Translations under genes and position numbers: made by a program | Assembly (NCBI GenBank): GCA_047967505.1 | Contig: CM106538.1 | Length of the DNA: 64,000 bases | Source of the DNA: Dipteris shenzhenensis | Taxonomy: Eukaryota | Direction: 5' to 3' (one strand) | The notes under the pieces: model-generated | Databases searched by the model: none | What the model was told of the DNA's origin: nothing | The model's input: only the letters and a program-made list of their open reading frames with translations | Part shown: piece after piece, positions 1-12,555 of the stretch | Numbering within the stretch: position 1 is the stretch's first letter | Layout: each line of letters starts with the position of its first letter

Positions 1-224
1 GGGTTAGAGACATGGCGCTACATGAGGTTGTTCATCAAGGCAAACAAGAATGCCATGACAAATGTCAAGAGTTGGAGAGCTTGCACATCACCTTCAGCTT
101 CTTCCAGTTCTTGTAGTCGCCATGCTATTTCTTCAAGGGGTGTGCGGTCTAGCATCCTTCTTTTGAGCAATGTCCTTGAGGACCTTTCAGATGATCTTCG
201 GAAGTTGGTAAACTCGTATCAAAT

Positions 225-453
225 ATGCCCAACACTTAGTTTCATGATGACCACAACCTTTGCATTCCTTACAAATGATCACCCTCATTCATGGCTTGCG
301 GCTTTGTTGGGGTGGTGCCTCCACTTCCTTCATGCATGATTGAAGTACAAGATTCATGTGCCAAGAAATCAGCAACTAAATTTTAAGCTCGAGGGATATG
401 CTGAATTTTTACCTCTTCAAATTGTTGGCAAAGTTCCAATGCTTGTTGATGTC
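225..453 (-). pseudogene. C-terminal half of an RNase HI (archaeal-like/aRH type) domain followed by a CX2CX4HX4C knuckle, interrupted by copia A1
   Basis: Manual minus-strand translation: HQQALELCQQFEEVKIQHIPRA*NLVADFLA (HIPR..N..AD.LA motif, 359-400), then after a frameshift CKECKGCGHHETKCW (232-273). Joins in frame to 6051-6160 when A1 and one TSD are removed. Confidence 0.75.
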
Positions 454-458
454 ATGGA

Positions 459-800
459 TGTTGAGATATCGAGCTCCACACTCGCGATATGCCAGGGTGA
501 CTGTTGTGCATTTATGTCACCGACTTGTTAGCTGGAGATGCGGTTGGTACACCGCTCATGAATAATAGCTAGATGACAGCTATCCTTATCTACACTAGTT
601 AGTATGCCACCTTAGTTAGTTGAGTTTGGTTTGAGACCCACATATAGGGTTCTTCTATTTCTTTGTACTAGAGTTCTTTTGGCTTTCACAACTAAGAAGA
701 GGAAAACTGTTTTCAGCCTCCACCTTTGTGTGTATTCCCCCATTGTGCATGTGTGAAAGCCGCAAGTGAGACTCCTTCCCTCTCTCCCACAATCTTCACA
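459..800 (+). repeat. A1 5' LTR
   Basis: TGTTGAGATATC...TCTTCACA; near-identical to 5694-6045 (2-bp and 12-bp indels, a few substitutions). Confidence 0.97.
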
Positions 801-813
801 TGGTATCAGAGCC
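801..813 (+). promoter_or_regulatory. Primer-binding site (tRNA-iMet) of A1
   Basis: TGGTATCAGAGCC immediately after the LTR-terminal CA. Confidence 0.95.
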
Positions 814-1344
814 TTGTTCATGGTAAGGAGCTCAAGAAAGCAAGCCAAGTTCGTGGTGTCCTGGTAAGAGGACCAGTGTTGCTTTCCTATTTCGAGTTTG
901 GGAGCAAATCTCTGCAGGTAGCACAGCCAGAAGTGCAGGAGTGCACTATTTCAGATTGAGACGTCCTTCGCGGTGTGGTGAGAGCGCAGTATATGCTGCG
1001 GGTGAAGGCGAAGCCCTCAGTGACTTTATTTTTCTGATTTGAGGCCGTTTCGGGGCCCGTTTTGAAGGCGGAAGTTCTTCGCAGGCACTCAGAAAAAGGC
1101 CCTGTTTTTTGCTGTGCGACCACTGCGCGGCTAGTCAGTGGAAAGGTGCCGCAGAAATTGCATCGTATGCCTGTGTGCAGAGATATTGGGAGTTGCAGAT
1201 TCATGCCTGTTGCCTGTTGATGCAAAATCGTCACTAGGAAGTGACTGTGTGGTGAAATACCAATTTCGTCAGTTTTGCAGATCTGCCCGTGTGGGGCAAA
1301 AGCTGTGTTTTTTGCAGTGATAGAATATTTTGCAGTGTTCTGTA

Positions 1345-4300
1345 ATGGCATCTGATTCTCTTTCACAGATTGTCACTGAAAAGCTTGACAAGAACAACTT
1401 CTAGGCATGGAAGTTTAGAATGACAAATTTCTTGATGGGAAAAGGCTAATGGGAATTCATTACAGGAAATGAAGAAGAACCTGTTCTTCCTAATGTTCCC
1501 AGTCAACAGGAAATGCAGGCATTCAAAGGATGGCATGAGAGAGCCAGGAAAGTTATGTACTGGCTGTCTATCAATATTTCGGACTCCATGATTGTGCATA
1601 TTCAGGATGCAAATACGCCAAAGGAGGCATGGGATACTTTGGCAAAAATGTATAGCACAAATACGCAAGCCAGGAAAATGCAACTCAAACAGGAGTTGCA
1701 CAATGTGCAAAGAGAAAATTTGAGCATAAATGACTACCACATGAAAGTGAAGAAAATTGCAGATGCACTTGCTTCCATTGGGTCGCCAGTGGATGATGAC
1801 GATTTGGTTTCTGTGACCTTGAATGGTCTAGGAAAGGATTATGCACAATTCCGGACATCCATTTCCGTCCGTGAAAAATTTCCAGATTTTGAGGAGTTGA
1901 TTGCTCTTCTAATTTCTGAAGAGCAGAGAAATGGGGGTGCATCTTCTTCAGCAGGAACTTCAAAAGAAACTGTCTTCTACTCAAATGCTGGCAGAGGTAG
2001 AGGCAGAGGTAGAGGAGGCCGATCTGTAGGCCGTGGCAGAAATCAGAATATGCAGCAAACGCAAGAAAACCAATCCTATGCAGGAGGACGTGGTAACTCT
2101 AGAGGCAGGGGGAGCCAAAGAGGCCGTGGTAGTTGGCAGAGAAGCCAAAATGCAAACAACAATGTTGAATGCTACTATTGTGGCAAAATGGGTCATATGG
2201 CTAAGGACTGCTACAAAAAGCAGAATGACATTATGAATGGAAAATTGCAGCAAGGCAATTATGCATCTTCTAGCAGGCAGGGTGATGACAGAAATGAGCA
2301 TCTTTTTATGGTGCAGCATATGACCAATTCTGTGACAAGTGCAGAAATGATGTGTGGTATGTTGACTCAGGTGCGTCAAACCACATGACAGGTCATGCAG
2401 AATGGATGCAAGATGCAAGGAAAATGGAAAAGCCAGGATTTGTGGAGACTGGTGATGATACTGCACATCCTATTGTGCAGATTGGCAAAATTCCTTTGTC
2501 TATGCAGGATGGGAAAAAGAAATACTTGTCTGATGTATTTCATGTCCCGAACATCACCAAGAACCTGGTTTCTATTGGTCAAATGGTTGAGCAGGGCTTG
2601 CAGGTCAGATTTAATCCTCATGGATGCTTTGTTGAGGATATGAAAAATAATGGTCGCTTGATAGCAAAAGGAAAGAAGAAGGGCAGGATGTTTACGTTGG
2701 ATGCAGCCATGCCTGAATTGAGTGTAGCAATGTTTGTACATGGGACCGGTGTAGTTGCAGATATTGATATCTGGCACAAACGCATTGGTCATGTTAATAT
2801 ACAGCAACTTAAATCAATGCAAGCCCAAAATATTGTTGCAGGATTGCCTAAATTCAAGGTTGCAGAAATGCACAAGGTTTGTGAAGCCTGTCAATTTGGG
2901 AAACAGGCAAGGAAACCTTTTCCTAGGCATGTTCAAGAGAGTAAAAAGCCATTGGAATTAATCCACTCTGATGTGTGGACTACAAAAGCTGCATCTATTG
3001 GAGGCTGTCACTATTTTGTCACATTTATTGATGACTTCAGCAGAAAACTGTGGGTGTATTTTATGAAAAAGAAAAGTGAAGTGTTTGGGCACTTCAAAGC
3101 TTTCAAAGCTATGGTTGAAAAAGAAACAGGCCTGCAAATAAAATGCCTAAGGTCAGATGGAGGGGGAGAGTACCTCTCAAATGAGTTTGCAAGGTTCTTG
3201 CAGGAGCATGGTATAAAGAAGCAATATTCATGCAGTCATACCCCACAGCAAAATGGAATTGCAGAAAGAAAAAACAGGCATATTGGAGAGGTATCTTGGG
3301 CTATGCTAAATGAAAAAGATCTACCAGATTATTATTGGGCCGAAGCAGTTGCTACAGCAGTCTATATAATGAACAGGACTCCCACTGCAGCAATACACGG
3401 CATGACGCCAGAGGAGATGTATACTGGTAGGAAACCAGATATTTCTCATTTGAAGATTTTTGGTTGCATTGCCTATGTCCATGTGCCAGATGAGTTGAGG
3501 TCCAAGTTGGATCTAAAAGCTGAGAAGTGCGTCTTTATTGGTTATTCTCTGTAGCAGAAAGGGTATAGATGCTATAACCCTTCTACACGTAAGTTCACAG
3601 TGAGCAGAGATGTTGTTTTTGATGAGATGAGCAGCTGGTATAAACCAGTAAATGTGATGATTGATGTAGATGCACAAAATGGTAATGCTGCACAGAATGC
3701 ACAGCAGCAGTCACAAAATATCAGTGGACCTGGAGTGTCCTCTACCAGTGGTTCACATGCTTCGCCATGGACAGGCAGATTGAGATCAGGAGAATCCCCT
3801 CAAAGCAATGCAGAGAGTGGTACGTAGGTATCACAAAAAGGAAAAGAGAAGGTAGATCAGCCCATGTATGATGTGAATGCAGGTCACTCTTGTGTGGATG
3901 GTGAATCCAGTGGCTCAGAACAGAGAGCATTGATGATGAGTTGGGTATTCCTTCTGTTGTTACACTTGGAGTAAGGAAGACCAGGGATGTTTTGAGAGCA
4001 CCTGGAAGTGAGCCTGTTTTGCACAGGTCTACCAGGGTTAGGTATCCTGTGGATAGGCTGAAATATGATGGATTTACAGCCATTCACTATGCCTATATGG
4101 TCAAAGTGATATAGGAACCAGAACCCACTTCTTTTGAGCAAGCCATGGGAAATGAAAAATGGGAGAAAGCCATGGATGAAGAAATGGATGCCTTGGATGC
4201 TAATGCTACATGGGAATTGGTGCCTTTGCCTAAAGGCAAGAATGCAATTGGCTGTAAGTGGGTTTATAAGATCAAGCACAATGCAGATGGTTCTGTGAAT

Positions 4301-5733
4301 AGATACAAGGCAAGATTAGTTGTCAAGGGGTATGCACAGACATATGGCATTGATTATGAAGAAACTTTCAGCCCGGTTGCAAGGATGGCAACTGTAAGAG
4401 CAGCCATTGCTATGGCTACATCAAAGGGATGGTCTTTACATCAGATGGATGTAAAGAATGCCTTCTTGCATGGTGATTTGCAAGAAGAGGTCTTTATGGA
4501 GCAGCCAGCAGGTTATGTTCATGCTACTCATCCCGAGTTTGTTTGCAGAGGTTGAAGAAAGCCTTGTATGGCTTGAAGCAAGCACCTAGAGCATGGTCTG
4601 ACAAGATAGGACAGTATCTTGTCACTATTGGCTTTCAGATTTCCAAGGCAGATTTCTCACTCTATGTGAGAAAAACAGAGAAAGGGATTATGCTGCTGGT
4701 CATTTATGTTGATGATTTGATCATCACAGGTGATAGTGATGAAGATATCCTTCATGTGAAAATGCTATTGAGGCAGAAGTTTGAGATGAAGGATTTGGGA
4801 GAGCTGCGTTATTTCTTGGGCATTGAGGTGATTAGATCACCAAGTGGGATACAGTTCTTGCAGAGGCAGTATGGACTGGACATGCTGTCCAAATATGGGA
4901 CGATAGGCTGTAAGCCTATTTCAGTTCCTTTGGAGCAGAATGTGAAGCTGAGTGCAGATGCACGTGAGCTTCTGGAGGACCCTACTATGTACAGACGCAT
5001 AGTAGGAAGTTTGATTTACATGACTATTACCAGGCCAGATTTGAGCTATGCTGTTGGGTTGGTAAGTCAGTTTATGCAGGCTCCAAGGGAACCGCATTTG
5101 GATGCAGCTAGACACATACTCAGGTATGTGAAGTCCACATTGCAGTATGGACTATTTTATGAGGCTGGGGTTTAGATACAGTTGCATGGATACACTGATG
5201 CTGATTGGGCTGGTAGCATTTCAGATAGACGATCTACCAGTGGATATGTGTTCTCTTTTGGGAGTGCTGCAGTCACTTGGAGCAGCAAGAAACAGCCTAC
5301 AGTTGCCTTGTCGAGCACAGAGGCTGAGTACAGGGGTGCAGCAATGGCTGCATGTGAGGTAGCTTGGTTGCATAAGCTACTCTATGATATGCATCAGTTG
5401 TCATTTATTGTGACAACATGAGTAGTAACAGATGGGCCAGTTGTCATTTATTGTGACAACATGAGTAGTATACATTTGGCAAAGAACCCAGTCTTTCATG
5501 CCAGAACAAAGCACATTGAGGTGCATTATCACTATGTGCGGGAGAAGGTTTTACTAGGTCTTATTGATCTAGTTTATGTCAGCACAGAGGATCAGGTAGC
5601 TGACATCTTGACGAAAGCATTGGGCGCAGAGAAGCTGCGCAAGTTCAGAGACCTACTTGGTGTGCAGGAATTGGGATTGAGCTCGAGGGGGAGTGTTGAG
5701 ATATCGAGCTCCACTCGCGATATGCCAGGGTGA
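1345..5733 (+). pseudogene. copia gag-pol polyprotein of A1 (stops and frameshifts)
   Basis: KLDKNNF*AWKF gag start; CYYCGKMGHMAKDC knuckle; WYVDSGASNHM protease; WHKRIGH...CEAC; HSDVW/FIDD/QNGIAE integrase; RYKARLV, YVDD RT; YTDADW...KHIEV RNase H. Confidence 0.95.
5685..5693 (+). promoter_or_regulatory. Polypurine tract of A1
   Basis: GAGGGGGAG directly before the 3' LTR TG. Confidence 0.9.
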
Positions 5734-6045
5734 CTGTTGTGCATTTATGTCACCGACTTGTTAGCTGGAGATGCGGTTGGTACACCGCTCATGAATAATA
5801 GCTGGATGACAGCTATCCTTATCTACACTAGTTCATGGCTCAATTAGTATGCCACCTTAGTTAGTTGAGTTTGGTTTGAGACCCACATATAGGGTTCTTC
5901 TATTTCTTTGTACTAGAGTTCTTTTGGCTTTCACAACTAAGAAGAGGAAAACTGTTTTCAGCCTCCACCTTTGTGTGTATTCCCCCATTGTGCATGTGAG
6001 AAAGCCGCAAGTGAGACTCCTTCCCTCTCTCCCACAATCTTCACA
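5694..6045 (+). repeat. A1 3' LTR
   Basis: Direct repeat of 459-800, followed by TSD ATGGA. Confidence 0.97.
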
Positions 6046-6050
6046 ATGGA

Positions 6051-6160
6051 ACCAAGCCTTTGCTCTACACCTTCCACCTTCCACTAAGTTGTTCACACAC
6101 GAGTAGAGAATCTCCTTGCACCTCAAGTTGCTTGATGCGATGTTCTTGCACCTTTTTCAA
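6051..6160 (-). pseudogene. Central part of the RNase HI domain split by A1
   Basis: LKKVQEHRIKQLEVQGDSLLVCEQLSGRWKV (GDS..V motif; end of ORF 6065-6277). Confidence 0.8.
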
Positions 6161-7822
6161 GCAGGAATATGGTGTTGACTTTGATGAGATATTCTGTCTT
6201 GTCGTTAAGATAACTCTCAGAACTGTATTAGCATTGGTTGCACATGCAGATATGGACTTGGTCCAAATGGATGTCAAGACGGCATTTCTTCATGGTGATT
6301 TACATGAAGAGATTTTTATGCAGCAGCCAGAAGGTTTTACAGAGAAGGGAAAGGAGAAGCTTGTGTGCAGACTGAAGAAAAGTCTTTATGGTCTTAAGCA
6401 GGCACCCAAAGAATGGTACCATAAGTTTGATACATTCATGCGAACCCAAGGTTATAGGAGAAGTGACATTGATCACTGCTTGTATACCAAGAAAGCTTCA
6501 GATGGGCAGTTTACTGATCCTCATTTTGTATGTGGATGATAGGTTGATTGCTGGAAAATCTCATAAGGAGATCAATGCCTTCAAGAAAAGATTGCTCCAA
6601 ACCTTTGATATGAAGGATCTTGGTGATGCCAACCATATACTGGGCATGCGGATACTTCGGGATAGGGAAAAGCAGTTGCTATACTTGTCTCAGAAGGAAT
6701 ACATTGGCAAGGTCTTGCAGAGATTTCACATGGAGGGGGGGAAGAGTATTGGTACTCCATTGTCTCCTTATGTGAAAATCAGTGCTTTGGACAGCCCTCA
6801 GACAGATGCTGAGAGGGCTGAGATGTCAAAGATTCCGTATGCATCAGCGTGTGGCAGTCTCATGTATGCTATGGTTGCAACCAGGCCCGATATTGCGCTT
6901 GCAGTGGGAGTGGTTAGTAGATACATGGCTAAACCTGGCAAGAAGCATTGGGATGCAGTGAAAGGTGTCATGAGATACCTGAAGGGTACACAGGACTTGT
7001 GTATATGTTTCGGCAGTCAAGATGCAAAAGTGCAGGGTTATATAGACTTTGATTGTGCCGGTCACCCTGATACCCGGAAGTCTACTACCGGATATGTTTT
7101 CACTTTCACTAGAGGTGCAGTGTCGTGGGTATCTAGAATGCAGCAGTGCATTGCTCTGTCTACTACAGAAGCTGAATATATTTGCAGCCACTGAGGCATG
7201 CAAGGAAGCTATATGGCTATCTCGGCTAGTGGCAGATTTGGGCTACTCTAGTGATACTCCATTGTTGCATTGTGACAGTCAGAGTGCCATACAGTTGGCA
7301 CGAAATCCTGTTTTTCATGCAAAGATGAAGCACATCGACGTGAAGTATCATTTTATCAGGGAGGTGCTTGAGAACAAGCAACTTCAGCTTGTGAAAGTTC
7401 ACACTGATGACAATCCAGCAGATCTGTTGACCAAAGGATTGGCTGCTGAGCGGTTTGCACATTGCAGACGGCTAATGGGTATAGGTTAAGGCCAGTCTAC
7501 TGGTCTTGTACATTATGATGTATATGCTGTTTTTTTTTTTTCTTTTCTTTCTCTTGAGGGCACATTGCCTTTAAGTGGGAGGTTGTTGGGGTAAAGGCAC
7601 TAGCCACCCTATGTAACAGTTTTTAGTCTAGTACTGCTAAGTACACTAAGTATGCATTGTACTTAGTGCCTAGTGGTCCTAGCCTTATCCAAAGATATAT
7701 ATATACTACTGTGTGTACTTGGGGATGTACCACTCATTGTTTATCCCCACCTATTGGTGTCTACTGTGGGTGTGTCTCCTCACCTCACTCCCTACTCCTA
7801 CTCACTCCGGTTCTTCATCACA
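6156..7822 (+). mobile_element. 5'-truncated Ty1/copia (B): RT-RNase H plus probable 3' LTR (7584-~7822); related to F
   Basis: FKQEYGVDFDEIF...LYVDD...KHIDVKYHFIRE...LMGIG* (stop 7489). The pre-LTR CACATTG..CTTTAAGTGG.AGGT and LTR start resemble those of F. Confidence 0.85.
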
Positions 7823-10800
7823 GTAGCGCCGCTCCTCAATGAGGAACAATGAGCAGCCCATGCTTCAGCGCCTCAACTCGATGACCGGCCACCTCTCCAA
7901 GTAGGCCCGCGACCTCCTACTCCAAGCATTGACCAGCAAACCTTCAGACAAACAAAGCTTCACGAGAAGCAACAGCAGTGACGCCACAATAGCAGACTCC
8001 AAACGGTATTCCGTCGATGGAATCTTGAAGATTCTGTTAGGACCTTGCAAGATTCCAGTCGACCTCCTTCTAAGCGACACGTGGCAGATAGCCACTCAAC
8101 ATGTGGCATCTTCCCAAGCTCTTATCCTCCATGTGGCATCTTATCTGCCACATCAACAGTCCACATCACTGACTACCACATCACCATTGACTGCCACATC
8201 ACTTGTGCCACATCATTGCCCTCGCTCAGCATGCCATGTCAGTTGACACATCATCATTGCCATGTCAGCTGCCACATCAGCCTATCCACATCATCAACCA
8301 TGTCAACAACTACCACGTCAGCAGCCCAACTCAGTTGACACATCATCAGTGCCACGTAAGTAGGCCACGCCATCCTACCACATCACCACAGCCACATCAT
8401 CACTGCCATGCCAGCATTGCCACATCACCTCTACCACCTCAGTAGTGCCACATCAGTAGTGCCAACTCAGCAGTGCCACCTCAGGAGTGCCACCTCAGGA
8501 TTGCCACCTTAGCTATCCAGTCAGCATTGATCCCTGCCAGGCACACACAGTGCTTCACAGTCACAGCATGTGCACACAGCTACCACCTCAGCACAGGGCT
8601 TCACAGGCACACCTCTTGCTAGGCATAGTGCCACATCATCAGTGCATGTGACTTGCAGTGACATATCATCATTGAGCACCATTTACACTCTTTTGCCCCT
8701 CCACCTAGATCAAGTCATATCTCTTGATCCAGGAAGAATTTGAGGGCACTCCAAAAAGGAAAGTCGCTTATTTTTTTGTGCTCTACACGCTCGTCACATC
8801 ATGTGCACATTTCAACGCAAGTTACACTCACATTTGAGCCTCACCGGCAAAACCACTTCCTTCATGCACATTTGCCTCTACATCGACGCATCTGACCCAG
8901 CACTTAAAAAGAACAAAAGAAAAGGAATTATTTGTTGTTCTTTCATCGATCGATGGTTGGTTTAGATCTAGATCAGAGTAGACTAGATCGCCATAGAGGG
9001 GACGCTTTGAATTTCCCCAAAATGCCAATCTAAGCCATGCCCGAAATTCCTGACTAGTACCTACTCGGAGTTAGTCCATACACTCACATACGGTTTCACA
9101 TCATTACGTTACCTGAAACCTTACATTCATTAGTTCAATGAGCAGACTTCAGAGTTCAGAGGCATTGCAGATTGATTCAGTGGGCAGATAGCATTTGATT
9201 TCACACACACATGCCACCATTGTAAAGCCTATTCGGCTATCTCACGGCATCGTGCACATCATTTTCAGCCTTATGAAGCCTCTTGGCTATTCTCGGCATC
9301 ATTGCCACAAGCCTTGTAATACAGATCAGATTGTATATATTGCAGTTCTATCTTCACCGATGGTACATAGATTTCACTTGGCATATTCAGTGTATTTGCA
9401 GTTGATTCATACAGAGATTTTCATGACACTTTTGAGTACATTTCTTGCACCATGTCGACTAGCAACCTCAATCTGAAGGCATCTGCTAAGTTAGACAACT
9501 CCAATTATAGTACATGGAAATACCGAATGGAGACCATTCTTGTACTTCAGGACAAATGGGTCGATGGGTCTACACCTAGACCATTGGATGATCCAGCTAC
9601 CAGTAGCTCTACTCCATCTATTGTCACAGCACTAGTAACGGGATCTACATCTACACAAACAGTTGCTGCACCAGTAGCAGATCCTGCCATTGCCCGAGCT
9701 CAAGCAGAATGGGATAAGAAAGACAAGTATGCCTATCACCTGATCAAGCAGAATGTGCAAGATGTCATGCTAGGATAACTCAACATAGTCAAGACATCAA
9801 AAGAAGCATGGGATATGTTCGCAGCTCTCTACGAGTCCAAGAACACATCTAGGATTCTCACCTTGAGAAACCAGATCAACTAGAGTTTCCGCAACAGCAG
9901 TGAAACCGGTCATGCTTATGTACTCCGCATAAAAGACTACAACAATCAACTTGCAACAGTAGGAGAGACTATGAACCCCGCAGAAATGGTTCAAGTCATT
10001 CTGAATGGACTAAGAGAGGGATACGAGAATCTAGTCTAGAGTATTGCCATCTAATGGCAAATTCCGACACTGGAAGAACTTCAGTCAGTCCTACTTGGTG
10101 AAGAACTCAGGAATCATGCCATTCAAGCACGTACAGGTCATTCTAATGATCAGGCATTCACAGCTTTAGACAGAAGCAGAGGCAAAGGTAGAGGCAGAGG
10201 TAGATCATACCAAGAAAGTGGTCATCATCAACAAAATCAAAGTTAGAATCAGCATCAGCATCATCCTCAGCAACATCAAAATCAGCAAAGAGGAAATCAT
10301 TCCAACCGAGGAAGATTCCAAGGATGAGGGAATACATCCACCAATGTGTCAAACATTCAGTGCAACTACTGTCACAAGTTTAGACACTATGAAAGAGATT
10401 TCCGCAAGAAGCAGTATGACCAAGGCGTGAATCCAGTAGTAATCGAGGGAATTCTCAAGGAAGAGGAAATCATCATGGTGGACATTCTAGTCACAGTCAT
10501 TTTGCAAATGAACATGGAAATATGTTTCTTGCAAGTGAGGAATTGCATCAGACTGATACAATGCACCTAGACACTGATTTCAATCCCAAAGAGGATTTTA
10601 GCTATCAAGTCGACCAAGTGGAACAGGATCCTTGGTACATCGACAACGGTGCATCATCTCATATGACAAATCAGGAATGGTTCACAAAGATGAAACCATT
10701 AGAAGGATAGAAAAATGTCATCTACACAGCAGACAATACACCGAATCCAGTTCAAGGGATAGGTGTTATCCCTATGAACAATTTTACTGGTACAAAAGGA

Positions 10801-12555
10801 TTAGTTAAAGATGTGCTCTATGTTCTGAAGCTCAGCAAGAACCTTTTGTCAGTAGGTCAAATGACAGAACACAATTACAAAGTCATCTACGATGGTGATG
10901 AATGCACTATCAGAGACAAATCCAAAAGAGGTTAGCTAGTAGCAAAAGGTGTCAAGGAAGGACGCTTATACAGAATGCTAGCTATAGTACCAGATAAGCA
11001 TGCCATGTCAGCTCAACCGCAATAGATGCCACTATCTGCAAAATGGCACAAGAGATATGGTCATGTCAACTTCAAGTACTTGTTAGATCTCAGGAATCAG
11101 AACATGGCAATTGGGATTCCAAAGCTACAATTTCTTGGAAAAGTTTGCAAAGCATGCTGCTTCGGCAAACAAAAGCGAACCAATTTTGTCAGAAGTACCT
11201 CTCGTGCATGAGGTATTCTTGATTTGATACATACAAATGTATGGGGTTATGCCCAGACCCGCAGCATTAATGGTTCACTTTACTACTTGACCTTCATCAA
11301 CGACTACAGCAGATATTGTTGGGTCTACTTTCTAAAAGAGAAATCTGAAGTGTTTTCCAGATTTCAAGAATTCAAAGCCATGGTAGAAATCCAAATAGGC
11401 AGAAAGATTAAGGTCATGAGATCAGACAAAGGAGATGAATACATGTCTTCAGCATTCATGAACTTTTGCAAAAATCACGGCATTCGAAGACAATTCACAT
11501 GTGCAGATACTTCTTAGTAGAATGCAATAGCTGAAAGGAAGAATGGGACTTTAGCAGACAGTGCTAGAGCAATGCTTAGTGAAAAGCATCTTTCGAATCA
11601 GTATTGGGCAGAAGCAATAGCTACAGCAAACTACTTGCTTAATCGGCTTCCTACCAAACCGATACAAGGTATGACTCCTTATGAAGCATTCACTGAACAC
11701 AAGCCACGCATTGGGCATCTCTGCATATTTGGTTGCATAGCATATCCCCACATACATGATGATCATCGCAGGAAATTGGATGCGAAGTCACGCAAATGCA
11801 TCATGGTTGGCTACAGTGAAGAAAGCAAAGCATACAAATCATATGATCCCATCAACCGCAAAGTCATTATCTCTAGAGATGTAATCTTTGATGAGGAATC
11901 AGAATGAAAAACCTCACCTACACAGAAGATAGACGCGTCGACTGCACAGTCATCTATAGAATAGGTTGATGAAGAAGAGCAAGAATTGCCAGCAACACCC
12001 TAAGTAGAGCCACAGCAACTCAGACAGTCTACTAGGGAAAGCAGACCACCAGCCAAATTAACGTATGCTTAGAAAGGCAAAGCAATTCAGGTGGAAACCA
12101 CCAACTATGCTCTTATGACTACCATCATGGCTACAAAAGAGCCAGTGTACTTCGAAGACGCAGTAGACAAGCCAAAATGGCAAATTGCTATGAATGAAGA
12201 AATGGATGCTTTGTATAAGAATAATACTTGGGAATTATGCGACCTTCCACCAGGAAAGAAGGCCATAGCAAACAAATGGGTATACAAAGTGAAGTACAAT
12301 CCAAATGGCAGTATTCAGAGATACAAAGCCAGATTAGTTGCAAAAGGATTTACAATATGGTCAAGACTATGATGAGACTTATGCTCTAGTAGCAAAGATG
12401 GATTCCATATGGTTCTTGATATCACTAGCGACACTCAGCAAATGGAATGTGTATTAGCTCGATGTCAAGAATGCATTTCTCAATGGTTATCTAGATGAGG
12501 AAGTCTACATGCAACAACCAGCAGGTTATGTTGAACAAGGAAAGGAGAATAAGGT
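7823..12555 (+). mobile_element. Old decayed Ty1/copia (C): probable leader plus gag-PR-IN-partial RT (coding 9452-12555); no LTRs visible
   Basis: KLDNSNYSTWKYRM, CNYCHKFRHYERD, WYIDNGASSHM, WHKRYGH...CKAC, HTNVWG, RYKARLVAKG; truncated at EQGKENKV. Assigning 7823-9451 as its leader is inference. Confidence 0.85.
8070..8520 (+). repeat. Degenerate array of (T)GCCAC(A/G/C)TCA motifs
   Basis: Many dispersed copies of gccacatca / ccacgtca / gccacctca, ending in a 15-bp-period run (agtagtgccacatc...). Confidence 0.75.

Larger units (their letters stand above)
459..6045 (+). mobile_element. Full-length decayed Ty1/copia LTR retrotransposon (A1)
   Basis: TG...CA LTRs 459-800 and 5694-6045, 5-bp TSD ATGGA (454-458 / 6046-6050), Met-tRNA PBS, PPT, domain order gag-PR-IN-RT-RH. 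Confidence 0.97.

Noticed and set aside
801-813. tRNA-Met gene
   Set aside because: Only the PBS complement is present, with no cloverleaf; the same holds for the other TGGTATCAGAGC sites.
612-1366. Short ORFs repeated at ~5860, ~18350 and ~23550
   Set aside because: They recur only because they lie in A-family LTR or leader sequence; no protein features.
6051-6160. Bacterial/archaeal horizontal transfer of RNase HI
   Set aside because: This RNase H type is common in plant retroelements and host genes; nothing here indicates a recent foreign origin.
8440-8512. CRISPR-like array
   Set aside because: Short degenerate tandem units without unique spacers, no cas genes, eukaryotic TE context.
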